A DNA stretch of 64,000 nt from an uncultured Gemmatimonadota bacterium (GCA_964576115.1 CAZNUA010000012.1:1-64000), one strand, 5' to 3'. Positions 1 to 10,463 are shown, counted from the stretch's first letter. Numbers and translations are program-made. Notes: generated by a model from the letters alone, not told the origin.

Positions 1-54
1 CAGCAGGGCCGGGCGGTCTTGCTGGGCTCGCACATCATCACCAGGAACCCCTAG
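1..54 (+). CDS. 3' end of a small protein, probably the accessory (delta/gamma-like) subunit of the Na+-translocating decarboxylase
   Basis: Frame 1 reads QQGRAVLLGSHIITRNP* and stops 13 nt before the biotin carrier gene; the call rests on operon position only. Confidence 0.4.
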   Translation, partial: QQGRAVLLGSHIITRNP

Positions 55-67
55 GGAGAGTAAGAAG

Positions 68-493
68 GTGAAACTGAAGATCACCGTTCATGGAGTCGCC
101 TACGAGGTCGATGTCGAGGTTCTCGATCCGGGTGACGGCTTCCCTGTTTCCGGTCCTCTGCCGGCTCCGGGTGTCGTCCCGGCCGAAGGGGGCAATCCGG
201 GTCCGGCCGCGCCGGCGGCAGGTCCGCCGACCGTCATGCCGGCGGCCCCGCCAGCCGCGGCTCCGTCCACGGAGCAGGCCGGCGGGCTGGTCACTTCGCC
301 GATCGCGGGTACGGTCATCGAGGTCAAATGCAGTGCGGGTCAGGAGGTCGATCAGGGTCAGGTCCTGCTCGTGATCGAGGCGATGAAGATGAACACTTCG
401 ATCGCCGCTCCGGTCGCCGGGACCGTCAAGAAGTGCACTGTGGCAGCCGGTGATAACGTCCGCGAAGGCGATACCCTGGTCCAGTTCGAGTAG
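68..493 (+). CDS. Biotin carboxyl carrier subunit of a Na+-translocating acyl-CoA/oxaloacetate decarboxylase (MmdC/GcdC-like)
   Basis: EAMKM biotinylation motif; Ala/Pro-rich linker; N-terminus MKLKITVHGVAYEVDVE; GGAGAG RBS before GTG. Confidence 0.92.
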   Translation: MKLKITVHGVAYEVDVEVLDPGDGFPVSGPLPAPGVVPAEGGNPGPAAPAAGPPTVMPAAPPAAAPSTEQAGGLVTSPIAGTVIEVKCSAGQEVDQGQVLLVIEAMKMNTSIAAPVAGTVKKCTVAAGDNVREGDTLVQFE

Positions 494-518
494 AACCTGG
501 CGAGCTGCGGGGGACCCG

Positions 519-1643
519 ATGCAGATCATCCTCGATTTCCTGCACTCAGGTGCAGTCGGAAACTTCACCTGGGGTAACCTGGTGATGCTGGTGGTGGGAG
601 GGGTCTTCATCTGGCTCGCCATCACCCGCGACTACGAACCGCTGCTGCTGGTTCCGATCGGATTCGGGATCCTGGTGGGAAATATCCCCTTCTCGCCGGG
701 GATGAACATCGGGGTCTACGAAGACGGCAGTGTGCTCTCGATCCTCTATCACGGGGTCAGATTCGGCTGGTATCCCCCCCTCATCTTTCTCGGTATCGGG
801 GCCATGCTCGATTTCTCCTGCATGCTCTCCAATCCCCGTCTCATCCTGCTGGGGGCGGCCGCCCAGACAGGTATCTTCCTGACTTTCCTCGGTGCCATCG
901 CCCTGGGTTTCGACCTGAAGCAGGCGGCGGCGATCGGAATCATCGGCGGAGCCGACGGGCCGACCGCCATCTTCCTCTCCTCCCAGCTTGCCCCCGGTTT
1001 CATCGGAGCGATCGCGGTGGCGGCCTATTCCTACATGGCCCTGGTACCGGTCATCCAGCCTCCGATCATCAGGCTCCTGACCACCCGCGCCGAGCGCCGG
1101 ATCCGCATGAAACCATCCCGCCCGGTATCGCGGCGTATCCGGATCATCTTCCCCGTGGTGGGATTTCTGCTGACCGCCTTCGTGGCGCCGGGTTCGATCC
1201 CCCTGCTGGGTATGCTCTTCTTCGGGAATATTCTGAAGGAATCGGGGGTGACGGAGCGGTTGGCGAAAACCGCCCGGACCGCACTCATCGACATCATCAC
1301 CATCGTGCTCGGTTTCGCGGTCGGTACCTCGACCGACGCCAGCCGTTTCCTCACCCCGGAGTCGCTCATGATCTTCGGGCTCGGAGCGGCCTCCTTCTGC
1401 GTGGCTACCGCCGCCGGGGTGCTCTTCGCCAAATTGATGAATGCCGTGGGGCGGGAGCGGGTCAATCCCATCATCGGCGCGGCGGGGGTATCGGCCGTGC
1501 CCGACTCGGCCCGGGTCTGCCAGATGGTCGGAGCCCAGGAGGATCCCGATAACTTCCTGATCATGCACGCCATGGCGCCGAACGTGGCGGGAGTCATCGG
1601 CAGCGCCGTCGCCGCGGGTGTATTCCTGGCCGTTCTGGGCTGA
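519..1643 (+). CDS. oadB: Na+-transporting decarboxylase beta subunit (OadB/MmdB/GcdB family)
   Basis: EPLLLVPIGFG, IGIIGGADGPTAIF, AYSYMALVPVIQPP, GVSAVP and MAPNVAGVIGSA motifs; start moved to ATG 519. Confidence 0.95.
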   Translation: MQIILDFLHSGAVGNFTWGNLVMLVVGGVFIWLAITRDYEPLLLVPIGFGILVGNIPFSPGMNIGVYEDGSVLSILYHGVRFGWYPPLIFLGIGAMLDFSCMLSNPRLILLGAAAQTGIFLTFLGAIALGFDLKQAAAIGIIGGADGPTAIFLSSQLAPGFIGAIAVAAYSYMALVPVIQPPIIRLLTTRAERRIRMKPSRPVSRRIRIIFPVVGFLLTAFVAPGSIPLLGMLFFGNILKESGVTERLAKTARTALIDIITIVLGFAVGTSTDASRFLTPESLMIFGLGAASFCVATAAGVLFAKLMNAVGRERVNPIIGAAGVSAVPDSARVCQMVGAQEDPDNFLIMHAMAPNVAGVIGSAVAAGVFLAVLG

Positions 1644-1710
1644 GGGCGGTCGGAATGCATCGGCGCTCGAATACCGTCGTCATTGCGGAATGGTGTACTG
1701 AGGAAGGACC

Positions 1711-3372
1711 ATGATCATGCGACACTGTCTGCTTTTGATCGCCGCCGGCATGCTGCTTGCCGGCTGTGGCGGTGCCCCCGGTCCGAGCGACCGTCCCGCT
1801 GACGATCTGCTTTCCCGACCCGATCTGCAGCGGATCGTCGAACTCGGGATCGCCCGAGACGGCGCCGCCCTGGGTGTCTTTCTGAACGATCCCGATCCGG
1901 CTGTACGCAGCCGGGCCGCTTTCACCCTGGCCAGCGTGCAAGATCCCGCCGCCCTCACCGGGCTGCTGCGCCTGCTCGACGACGACGTCCTCTTCGTGCG
2001 GGCCGAGGCCGCTTTCGCAGTGGGGCAACTGAGTGATTCCAGCGCCGCCGGGGCTCTTTTCGAAACCGTCGAGCGGGAGTCGAGCCCGATCGTCAGGCGC
2101 CGCTGCCTCGAAGCGCTCGGCAAGTGCGGCGGGCATCAGGCTCTGCGTCGGCTCGCCGCTCTCGTCGTGGCGCCCGCCCTCGAGCCCGATCTGGCCCTGA
2201 CGATGGCCCGTTTCGGCATGCGGAATATTTTCTCCGAGGAGGCGATCGACTACCTGGCCGGGGCTCTCACCGCCGACGATCCCCGGCTGCGCCGCAATGC
2301 CGCCTACTTCTTCGGCCGGATGGCGAATACCGCCATCTGGGAACGCGTCAGCAGCCAGGTGCGGGGAGCGCTCGATCGGCTCACCGTTGAAGACCCGGCC
2401 GCACTGTACCTGGTCCAGGCACTCGGGCGGCTGGGCGCGGTCGAAGATGTCGACCGGCTGCTGGCCGCCCTGCGTTCGGCGAGCGACTGGCGGGTTCGTT
2501 CCAATGCCGCCGCCGCCCTCGGCCCGCTCACCGACACCGAACGGGTGCGGCGAACCCTGCTGGCGGCCTGCGAGGATCCCTCACTCCACGTCGCCGTCTC
2601 GGCCGCCCGCTCGCTCGCAGGAGCGGCGGAGCGGATGACCGGGGGCGAGATCGACATTCTCGCCGCCCGGGTGGAGGCCCTCAACGATCCCTGGCAGGTG
2701 GCGGCCGAGTGGCTGACACTGCTCGTCGGCGCCGATCGGGCCGACACCGTGCGGTATTGGCGTGACGCCCAGCCCGACGACGCCGAACGGGCCCGCGCCC
2801 GGGCCGAGCGGGCTCTCGAGCCGCCCACCCGGCGGCCTCCCCGCCGTCCGCAAACCCCGGAGGAAGCGGAAACCGGACCGCCGCCGGTTCCGCCGCTGGA
2901 CTGGGATTACCTGGCCGGGATGGGGCCCGAGCCCCGGCTCGAGCTGGTCACCGACCGGGGTAGGATCCTCATCATCCTGCAGACCTCCGAGGCCCCGCTG
3001 ACCGTCCAGACGATCCTGCAGCTGGCCGACGGCGGCTTCTACGACGGCGTCGCCTTCCACCGCGTCGTACCCAATTTCGTGGTCCAGGGAGGGGATACCG
3101 GCGACCGGGATTCACCCGGTGCTCCGGCCGATCCCCTTCGCAGCGAGTTCACCCGCCTGCCCTACGAGCGGGGGGTGATCGGCATGGCCAGTTCGGGCAA
3201 GGATACCGAGGGTTCGCAGTTCTTCATCACTCACAGCATGCAGCCGCACCTTGACGGCCGCTATACCGCCTTCGGATATGTCGTTGAGGGAATGGATGTC
3301 GTCGATACACTCTATGAGGGTGATCGCATCGTTACGGCCCGCAGCCGGGCGGGGCGGTCGCACCGCCATTGA
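1711..3372 (+). CDS. Lipoprotein with HEAT repeats and a C-terminal cyclophilin-type peptidyl-prolyl isomerase
   Basis: Lipobox LAGC; DPDPAVRSRAAFTL-type HEAT repeats; FHRVVPNFVVQGGD, GMASSGKDTEGSQFFI and HLDGRYTAFG. Confidence 0.9.
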   Translation: MIMRHCLLLIAAGMLLAGCGGAPGPSDRPADDLLSRPDLQRIVELGIARDGAALGVFLNDPDPAVRSRAAFTLASVQDPAALTGLLRLLDDDVLFVRAEAAFAVGQLSDSSAAGALFETVERESSPIVRRRCLEALGKCGGHQALRRLAALVVAPALEPDLALTMARFGMRNIFSEEAIDYLAGALTADDPRLRRNAAYFFGRMANTAIWERVSSQVRGALDRLTVEDPAALYLVQALGRLGAVEDVDRLLAALRSASDWRVRSNAAAALGPLTDTERVRRTLLAACEDPSLHVAVSAARSLAGAAERMTGGEIDILAARVEALNDPWQVAAEWLTLLVGADRADTVRYWRDAQPDDAERARARAERALEPPTRRPPRRPQTPEEAETGPPPVPPLDWDYLAGMGPEPRLELVTDRGRILIILQTSEAPLTVQTILQLADGGFYDGVAFHRVVPNFVVQGGDTGDRDSPGAPADPLRSEFTRLPYERGVIGMASSGKDTEGSQFFITHSMQPHLDGRYTAFGYVVEGMDVVDTLYEGDRIVTARSRAGRSHRH

Positions 3373-3400
3373 GAGGACTCAGCCGGGGGGATAACGCCAG

Positions 3401-5071
3401 ATGGATGACAGAGCGAAGACAGTCGTCGGAACCGGGACCGTACTGCTTGCCGTCGCCCTCATTGCGGTCGCCGGGTGCGGCCGGGGCCCGGAGAGGATGG
3501 AGGGTGAGATGTCAGTGAGCGAGCGCGTGGACCAGTATATCGGCTTTCGTCTCGAAACCGATTTGAGCACACTGAGCGATGACCAGCGGGAGCTGCTGGG
3601 ACTTCTCCTCGAAGCCGCCGAAGCGATGGATGAGATCTTCTGGGCCCAGTCGTACGGTCCGCGGGCCGACCTCATGGCCGGTGTGCGCGATCGTCACCTG
3701 CGTACCTACATCGATATCAACTACGGGCCGTGGGACCGTCTGGCGGGGGACGAACCCTTCATGGAGGGTTTCGGGCCCAAACCGCCGGGGGCGCAGTTTT
3801 ATCCCGAGGACATGACCCGGGAGGAGTTCGAGGCCGCCGCGGAGGAGGAACCCGAACTGCGCAGCCTCTATACCGTCGTCCGGCGCGATACCGACGGTGC
3901 TCTCACGGCCGTTCCCTATCACGAGGTCTGGCCCGAACCGACCGCCCGGGCGGCGCGGCTGTTACGGGAAGCGGCCGAGCTGGCCGAGGATCCCGGTTTC
4001 CGGCGCTATCTCGAACTGCGGGCAACAGCGCTCGAGACCGATGACTATCAAGCCAGCGATTTCGCCTGGATGGAGATGAAGGACAACCGTATCGACGTGG
4101 TGATCGGTCCCATCGAGACCTACGAGGACCAGCTCTTCGGCGCCAAAGCCGCGCACGAGTGCTTCGTGCTGGTCAAGGACATGGAGTGGAGCGGGCGGCT
4201 CGAACGCTATACCGCCCTTCTGCCGGACCTGCAGCGGGCCCTGCCGGTGGACCCGCGCTACAAGCAGGAAACGCCGGGCCGGGATTCGGACCTCAATGCC
4301 TACGATGCCGTCTACTACGCCGGGGATGCCAACGCCGGTTCGAAGACGATCGCCATCAATCTGCCCAACGATCCGGTCGTCCAGCTCGAAAAAGGCGCTC
4401 GTCGCCTGCAGCTCAAGAACGCCATGCGGGCCAAGTTCGAAATGATCCTGGTTCCGATCGTGGAGATGCTCATCACCCCCGGGCAGCGCCGCAACGTCAC
4501 CTTCGACGCCTTTTTTACCAATACAATGTTCCACGAAGTGGCCCACGGGTTGGGGATCAAGAATACCCTGACCGGGCGTGGGACGGTACGCGAGGCTCTG
4601 CAGGATCTGGCTTCCTCGCTCGAAGAGGGGAAAGCCGATATCGTCGGGTTGTGGGCCGTGACCCGGCTGCACGAAGCCGGCGAACTGGGCGAGGCGGCCC
4701 TGCTGGATAACTACGTGACTTTCATCGCCGGTATCTTCCGCTCGATCCGCTTCGGTGCCTCGAGCGCGCACGGCCGGGCCAACCTGGCCCGCTTCGCGTT
4801 CTTCCGGGAAATGGGGGCCTTCACCCGCGACGAGGAAACGGGGACCTACACGATCGATTTCGATCGTGCCAGAGAGGCCACCGAAACGCTCGCCAACCGC
4901 ATCCTGACCATCCAGGGGGATGGCGACTACGACGCGGCCGCCGAGTTCATGGCCCGCTACGCCGTGATGGATCCCGACCTCGAGGCCGATCTGGAGCGCC
5001 TGGCCGGGGCCGGGATTCCGGTCGATATCGTCTTCGAACAGGGCCGCGACGTGCTCGGTCTCGAACGATGA
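3401..5071 (+). CDS. Zn-dependent peptidase of the M49 (dipeptidyl-peptidase III-like) family, lipoprotein
   Basis: Lipobox VAGC; GPIETYED, IAINLPND, HEVAHGLG and LEEGKAD motifs. Confidence 0.85.
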   Translation: MDDRAKTVVGTGTVLLAVALIAVAGCGRGPERMEGEMSVSERVDQYIGFRLETDLSTLSDDQRELLGLLLEAAEAMDEIFWAQSYGPRADLMAGVRDRHLRTYIDINYGPWDRLAGDEPFMEGFGPKPPGAQFYPEDMTREEFEAAAEEEPELRSLYTVVRRDTDGALTAVPYHEVWPEPTARAARLLREAAELAEDPGFRRYLELRATALETDDYQASDFAWMEMKDNRIDVVIGPIETYEDQLFGAKAAHECFVLVKDMEWSGRLERYTALLPDLQRALPVDPRYKQETPGRDSDLNAYDAVYYAGDANAGSKTIAINLPNDPVVQLEKGARRLQLKNAMRAKFEMILVPIVEMLITPGQRRNVTFDAFFTNTMFHEVAHGLGIKNTLTGRGTVREALQDLASSLEEGKADIVGLWAVTRLHEAGELGEAALLDNYVTFIAGIFRSIRFGASSAHGRANLARFAFFREMGAFTRDEETGTYTIDFDRAREATETLANRILTIQGDGDYDAAAEFMARYAVMDPDLEADLERLAGAGIPVDIVFEQGRDVLGLER

Positions 5072-5149
5072 ATCAGGGCTCACAGGAGAGCCGACCGCAG
5101 ACGCTCCGCATACCCCCCGGTACCTGCCACAAGGCAAAGGACCCATCCC

Positions 5150-5995
5150 ATGTCGAAACGTGCCTGCCTGCTGTTTTTGCCTGTTCTGTTTCTCGCCGGC
5201 CGTCATGACGCCGCCGCGCAGGAGAAGATCTGGAAAGATGTGGCCGAGTTCAGCTATGTCGTAACGGGCGGCAATGCCAGCTCGGCCACTCTCGGGTTCA
5301 CCAACAAGCTCACCTGGGACCTGGACGGAACCGCTCTGGTTCTCAACATCGGTGCCATCCGGGCCGAGAGTACGACCCGGGAACGCATCGTCACCGCCGC
5401 CGGACCGCCGCCCGCGGTGAGCGAGATATCCGATACGCGTCTGACCGCCGAGAGCTATCGAACCGGTCTGACCCTGGATCGCGATATCTCGGCCAGGATG
5501 TTCCTCTACGCCGGGGCGGGCTGGAAGCGGAACCGTTTCTCGGGTATCGAGAACCAGTTCTCGGCCGCCGGCGGGATCGGTACTACCTGGATCGATGAAG
5601 AAGGACACAGCTTCAAGAGCGAGTACGCGGCGACCTGGACCAGCCAGGAGGATGTGGTCCCCGGTCCCGAGGGAACCCGCTCCTTCGCCGGAGCCCGTCT
5701 GACCTGGAGCTACCTGATCCAGCTCTCCGAAAGTACGACCTATACCAACGATCTGGCGGTGGACGAGAACCTCAAGGACACCGTCGACCTGCGGGCCGAC
5801 ATGATCAACTCGCTGCAGGTGGCAATGAGCCGGAGCCTGGCCCTGAAGGTGAGCCTGCAGCTTCTCTTCGACAATCAGCCGGCGTTTGCGAACGCCGACG
5901 ATCCCGACGGCCTGCTGGGCGCGGGCGAGACGGTCCGGGTGGAGCTGGAGAAGCTGGATACGATATTTACCGTATCCCTGGTGGTAAATTTTTAA
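5150..5995 (+). CDS. Outer-membrane beta-barrel protein (DUF481/YdiY-like)
   Basis: Signal peptide; TGGNAS early strand; alternating beta strands; C-terminal Phe (SLVVNF). Confidence 0.8.
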   Translation: MSKRACLLFLPVLFLAGRHDAAAQEKIWKDVAEFSYVVTGGNASSATLGFTNKLTWDLDGTALVLNIGAIRAESTTRERIVTAAGPPPAVSEISDTRLTAESYRTGLTLDRDISARMFLYAGAGWKRNRFSGIENQFSAAGGIGTTWIDEEGHSFKSEYAATWTSQEDVVPGPEGTRSFAGARLTWSYLIQLSESTTYTNDLAVDENLKDTVDLRADMINSLQVAMSRSLALKVSLQLLFDNQPAFANADDPDGLLGAGETVRVELEKLDTIFTVSLVVNF

Positions 5996-5996
5996 C

Positions 5997-7394
5997 TCAG
6001 CTGTTTCCGGTCAGGGCCTCGATGCGGGCGATATAGGCGGCTGAGTCGAACTTGCGCGACGTACTCGCATAGGTCATCGAACGTACCTTGCCGAACACCT
6101 CGCGCTCGGGCCAGGGCCGGTCGTGCCGGCCTCCGATCGCCCAGGCGATATTGGCGTAGCCGTTGGGATCGCGTCCGTCGAGCAGGTAGCGGTCGTTCAG
6201 GGTCACGGCCGTCTGGTGCGCCTCGCGCGGAGTGCGCGACCAGTGCAGGATTTTCTTGGCCCAGTACATCCGTATGTAGCCGTGCATGAAGCCGGTGTGG
6301 ACCATTTCCTTCTGGGCCGCATTCCAGAGCGGATCGTGAGTTCGGGCCGCTTCGAATTCTTCGAAGGAATACAGGTGTGGGCGGGGGTCACCGGCGTGCT
6401 CGGCCAGGGTGGCCAGCCCCCAGGCGGGAAGTCCCTCGTAGCGATCGTAGTCGGGATTGCGGGCAACGTAATTAACGGCCAGTTCGCGGCGTACGATCAA
6501 TTCTTCGAGGTACGCCTCACGAGCATCGGAGGGCACCTCGGCTTCGTTGACCCGCAGGACGATCTGCAGCGGCCCGAGCTGTCCGAAGTGCAGCCAGGGC
6601 GAGAGCCGGCTGGTGCCGTCGGGGTGTTCGGGGTGGCGGCGGCGGGCGTCGTAACGGGCCAGGCGGTTGGCGATGAAGTCGTCCAGTTCGGCCAGGCCGG
6701 CCCGGGTTCCGGCCCGCATTCCGGCCAGACGGCCCGAGGCGGTGTCGATTTTCAGGCGGGCGAGCAGGCGGTCGACGTCGAATTCTTCCCCCCGGGGTCG
6801 CTCGGGCCCGGGCAGGCGCCGGTGCACGTCGGGATCGGGCGCCGCGACCACGAACCGTTCCAGCTCCCGGGTGATCTTGGGGCGCAAGGTGCGGGCGGCG
6901 TACTCTTCTTTGCCGAACAGGGCCGAGGGGATGAGGACGTCGGCATCCACGGTCACGAAGGGTACCTCCAGCTCGGCCGGAGCGGCCGTGCGCCACGCCT
7001 CCGGTTCGCGCAGCGGATTCTCGTCCCCGACAACCAGGGCGGCTTGCAGCTCCCGGGCCACGGCTCCCACATCACCTTCTGCACCGATCCGCAGCAGGAA
7101 AGCGGCTCCCCGGGCTTCGGCATCGTTGGCGGTCTCGGCCAGCCCCTCGAGCATGAAGGCGTAATGCCGCTCGGTGGCGTGCGGGAAGGAGGGTTCGAGA
7201 CGGAAGAGAACGACCAGCGGGATCCCGAGCGTGTTGGCGATGAGCACGGCGGTATTGAAGGCTTCGTTCCCCCGGGCCCGCTGAGCCCGCTGCATCCAGT
7301 AAAGAACGACCTTCCCCTCGCGGCGGAGAGGAAGGTCGTTGCGGAAACGCAGGCGGGGATTGGTCGTGAGCCGGTTCAGCAGCTCGTCAGGCAT
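5997..7394 (-). CDS. phrB: Class II CPD DNA photolyase
   Basis: VLYWMQRAQR, SRLSPWLHFGQ, EELIVRRELA, THDPLWNAAQ, MHGYIRMYWAKKIL and DGRDPNGY; ATG 7394 overlaps the end of the upstream gene. Confidence 0.95.
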   Translation of the reverse strand: MPDELLNRLTTNPRLRFRNDLPLRREGKVVLYWMQRAQRARGNEAFNTAVLIANTLGIPLVVLFRLEPSFPHATERHYAFMLEGLAETANDAEARGAAFLLRIGAEGDVGAVARELQAALVVGDENPLREPEAWRTAAPAELEVPFVTVDADVLIPSALFGKEEYAARTLRPKITRELERFVVAAPDPDVHRRLPGPERPRGEEFDVDRLLARLKIDTASGRLAGMRAGTRAGLAELDDFIANRLARYDARRRHPEHPDGTSRLSPWLHFGQLGPLQIVLRVNEAEVPSDAREAYLEELIVRRELAVNYVARNPDYDRYEGLPAWGLATLAEHAGDPRPHLYSFEEFEAARTHDPLWNAAQKEMVHTGFMHGYIRMYWAKKILHWSRTPREAHQTAVTLNDRYLLDGRDPNGYANIAWAIGGRHDRPWPEREVFGKVRSMTYASTSRKFDSAAYIARIEALTGNS

Positions 7395-8616
7395 AGATCG
7401 TCTGCAGTTCGGCGATCCGCTCGGCAATGTTCACCGTATTCGCGCAGCGGGCGGTGCAGCTCCGGCAGGCCGCACAGCTCTCGATCCCCCGTCCCGGTTC
7501 GATCTCGGTCAGGGTTTCGCGCGCCTGTTCGAAATTAGTGTACGCGGCGGCGTACATGTGAACCCGCATCAGGCTCGGGATATCGGCCTGGCCCGGGCAG
7601 GTCGCCAGACACTGCTCGCACTGCAGGCAGAAACCCAGCTCGTTGCGGATCCGGTTGTCGTCGAGGAACTGCTGCTCCTGCTCGGTCAGAGCGGGGTCGA
7701 GGGCGACACTGAAGTTCTGTTCCAGCTGCTCGTAGGTGGTATACCCCGGGATGGCGGTGCCGATGAACTCGTGTCCCAGCGCCCATTTGAGGACGGCCTT
7801 GTGCATGACCTCGGTGGGGTAAGTGGTCCGGCCCTCGGCGGGAACGTTGCGGCGGGCCAGATCGCGCACGCACTGCGTTTTCATGGCCACGATCCCGATC
7901 CCGGCCGCTGCGGCCTCCTGCATGGCGGCGGCGAGATCAGCCTGGCCCTCGAAAGCAAAGTTGAAGGACGAAAGGATGACATCGACCCCGCCGGCTTCGA
8001 CTGCGGCCCTGATGCAGGCAGCCATGTTCCGGTGCGTACTGAAGCCGGTAAAGCGGGCCTTGCCCTGTTCCTTGATCCGGGCCATGCCTTCCTGGAAGCC
8101 GGCATTGGAGATGTCGGCCGGATCCTGAATGGCATGCATGTACAGGATCTCGACGTGATCGGTGCCCAGGCGCTCGAGGCTCTGATCGCTGTGCTCGATG
8201 AAAGCTGCGGCGATCTGGTCGGGGGTCATGCCCCGCCGGGTGCGGGAGTGCAGGATCTTGGTGGCGATGACGGTCTCGTCCCGCACGCCCATCTCGCGCA
8301 GTGTGGCTCCAACCACTTCCTCGTTCCGGCCGCCCATATAGCTGGCGGCGGTGTCGAAGAACCGCACCCCCATCTCCCGGGAGCGGCGGATCAGATTGGC
8401 ATCGTCGGTGTTCATCACCCCCATGCTGACGATCGGCAGTTCGAAACCGGTCCGTCCGAGGGTGCGGGTGACGGCCTCGCCGGTCTGGACGGCGGTCCTT
8501 TTCGGCGCCGTATCGGCATCGAGCCGGCCCGGCAGGCCGGCCAGTCCGGCGGCGGCTGCACCGGTGGCGGCGGTGGCGAGGAATTCTCTTCGGCTGCGAC
8601 TCATTTCGGCTGACAC
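7387..8616 (-). CDS. Tat-signal aldo/keto reductase with a C-terminal 4Fe-4S domain
   Basis: SRREFL twin-arginine signal; RTLGRTG, FFDTAASY, IATK and SLERLGTDHVE; CLQCEQCLATCP and CAACRSCTARC; GGAGG RBS before GTG 8616 (alternative ATG 8604). Confidence 0.88.
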   Translation of the reverse strand: MSAEMSRSRREFLATAATGAAAAGLAGLPGRLDADTAPKRTAVQTGEAVTRTLGRTGFELPIVSMGVMNTDDANLIRRSREMGVRFFDTAASYMGGRNEEVVGATLREMGVRDETVIATKILHSRTRRGMTPDQIAAAFIEHSDQSLERLGTDHVEILYMHAIQDPADISNAGFQEGMARIKEQGKARFTGFSTHRNMAACIRAAVEAGGVDVILSSFNFAFEGQADLAAAMQEAAAAGIGIVAMKTQCVRDLARRNVPAEGRTTYPTEVMHKAVLKWALGHEFIGTAIPGYTTYEQLEQNFSVALDPALTEQEQQFLDDNRIRNELGFCLQCEQCLATCPGQADIPSLMRVHMYAAAYTNFEQARETLTEIEPGRGIESCAACRSCTARCANTVNIAERIAELQTIYA

Positions 8617-8730
8617 GTTCCTACCCTCCCTGGCAGTTCGGTGCTCTCGTCTTCCCCTTGCCGGGGCCGCTGCCCCGATCCGGTCGTACCTGTATAGCGT
8701 ATACCGGCTGCCGGGTCTATACTTCATCGC

Positions 8731-9555
8731 ATGACATACGATCACGAAACCATCCGTCTCGAGATCGAGCCGCCCCTGGCCGAAATCGTACTGACCCGGG
8801 AACAAGTGCACAATGCCATCTCTTCGGCAATGACGCGTGAGATCCTGGCTGCTCTGCACGTGGTCGAAGAGAGCCGCAGTGCCCGGATCCTGATCGTGCG
8901 TGGCGAGGGCGCCAATTTCTGTGCCGGGGCCGACCTGGCCGAACTCAAGACCCTGCAGCAGTCAGATTACGAGGGCAACCTGCAGGCCGGACGGGAACTG
9001 GCGGCCCTCTTCGGGCGTCTGTACTCCTTTCCCAAAGCCACCGTGGCCGCCGTGCAGGGAGCCTGCGTGGCGGGCGGGTGCGGTCTGGCCACGGCCTGCG
9101 ACCTCGTCGTTGCCGATCCCGGCGCCCACTTCCGGTATTCGGAAGTCTCGATCGGGTTCGTAGCCGCGATCGTCTCGATCTTCCTGGTGCGTGCGGTGGG
9201 TGAGAAACACGCCCGCGAACTCATGCTCACCGCTCGACGGGTTCAAGCCGAAGAGGCCGAACGGATCGGGCTGGTGAACGAGGTGACCGCCGAGGGTGAG
9301 TACCTCGAGCGGGCCCGCACCATCGCCCGGGAGATCGCCCTGAATTCCCCGGCCGCGATCCGGCACGCCAAGGAGGTCCTCACGGCTGTCCAGGTCATGG
9401 GCTTGGAAGAAGCGCTCAAATTCACCGCCGAGTACAACGCCCGGGCCCGGCTCGAACCGGAATGCCTCGAAGGAGTGCGGGCCTTTTTCGAGAAGCGCGC
9501 TCCCGCCTGGCGGGCCGACGTGGAAGAGATGCTCGCTGGAGAGAGTAACGATTGA
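8731..9555 (+). CDS. Enoyl-CoA hydratase/isomerase family protein (methylglutaconyl-CoA hydratase-like)
   Basis: FCAGADL, AGGCGLATACD, SEVSIGF and EGVRAFFEKR motifs. Confidence 0.88.
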   Translation: MTYDHETIRLEIEPPLAEIVLTREQVHNAISSAMTREILAALHVVEESRSARILIVRGEGANFCAGADLAELKTLQQSDYEGNLQAGRELAALFGRLYSFPKATVAAVQGACVAGGCGLATACDLVVADPGAHFRYSEVSIGFVAAIVSIFLVRAVGEKHARELMLTARRVQAEEAERIGLVNEVTAEGEYLERARTIAREIALNSPAAIRHAKEVLTAVQVMGLEEALKFTAEYNARARLEPECLEGVRAFFEKRAPAWRADVEEMLAGESND

Positions 9556-10451
9556 AGCCGATACGGGCTCTGGTCACCGGCGCAACCGGCTTCCTCGGCA
9601 ACCGCCTGCTCGATCACCTGAAAGATCCGGTCGTGCTCACCCGCAACCCGGTCCGGGCCCGTTCCCGCCTCGGTTCGGTAGAGACTTTCGCCTGGAATCC
9701 CCTTGATGAACCTGCTCCGGCCCGGGCTTTCGAGGGCGTCGATGCGGTCTTCAACCTGCTCGGGGAACCGATCTCGGGCCGTTGGACAGATGCGAAAAAG
9801 GAAGCGATCCGGGAGAGCCGGGTGCAGGGTACGTCTCATCTGGTGGCCGGAATGGGGGCGGCGGACACTCCCCCGTCGGTTCTCGTATCGGTCTCGGCGG
9901 TGGGGTACTACGGTGATCGGGGAGAGGAAGACCTCACCGAGGCATCAGGTCCCGGCGAGGGTTTCCTGGCCGGGGTGTGCACCGCCTGGGAGGCCGCAGC
10001 GTATCGGGCCGAAGAGCTGGGGGTGCGGGTCGTGACCCCCCGAATCGGCCTGGTGCTCGGCCGCGAGGGCGGGGCGCTGGCTGCCCTGCGACCGATCTAC
10101 CGGTCAGGTCTGGGCGGTCCCCTGGGTTCGGGGCGTCAGTACTGGCCGTGGGTGCATGTCGAGGATGTGATCGGCCTTCTGCTCTGGGTTGCGCGAACCC
10201 CATCGCTCTCGGGGGCGGTCAATGTGGCCGGCCCCGAACCGGCCACCAACCGCGAGATCTCCCGTGCCCTCGGGCGGGCCCTGCGCCGGCCGGCGGTGCT
10301 CCCGGTGCCCGGTTTCGCTCTGAGACTGGTGGTGGGGGAATTCGCCGGCGACCTGCTGGCCTCACAGAAAGTCGTGCCGGCCGCTGCGCTCGACCACGGC
10401 TTCGCCTTCCGCTTTGCCGACCATCGGGTTGCAGTGGCCGAGGCCATCTGA
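9552..10451 (+). CDS. TIGR01777/YfcH-family NAD-dependent epimerase-like oxidoreductase
   Basis: VTGATGFLG, SAVGYYG, LGSGRQYWPWVH and LLASQKVVP; start overlaps the upstream stop. Confidence 0.9.
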   Translation: MKPIRALVTGATGFLGNRLLDHLKDPVVLTRNPVRARSRLGSVETFAWNPLDEPAPARAFEGVDAVFNLLGEPISGRWTDAKKEAIRESRVQGTSHLVAGMGAADTPPSVLVSVSAVGYYGDRGEEDLTEASGPGEGFLAGVCTAWEAAAYRAEELGVRVVTPRIGLVLGREGGALAALRPIYRSGLGGPLGSGRQYWPWVHVEDVIGLLLWVARTPSLSGAVNVAGPEPATNREISRALGRALRRPAVLPVPGFALRLVVGEFAGDLLASQKVVPAAALDHGFAFRFADHRVAVAEAI

Positions 10452-10463
10452 TCGATTTTTCCC

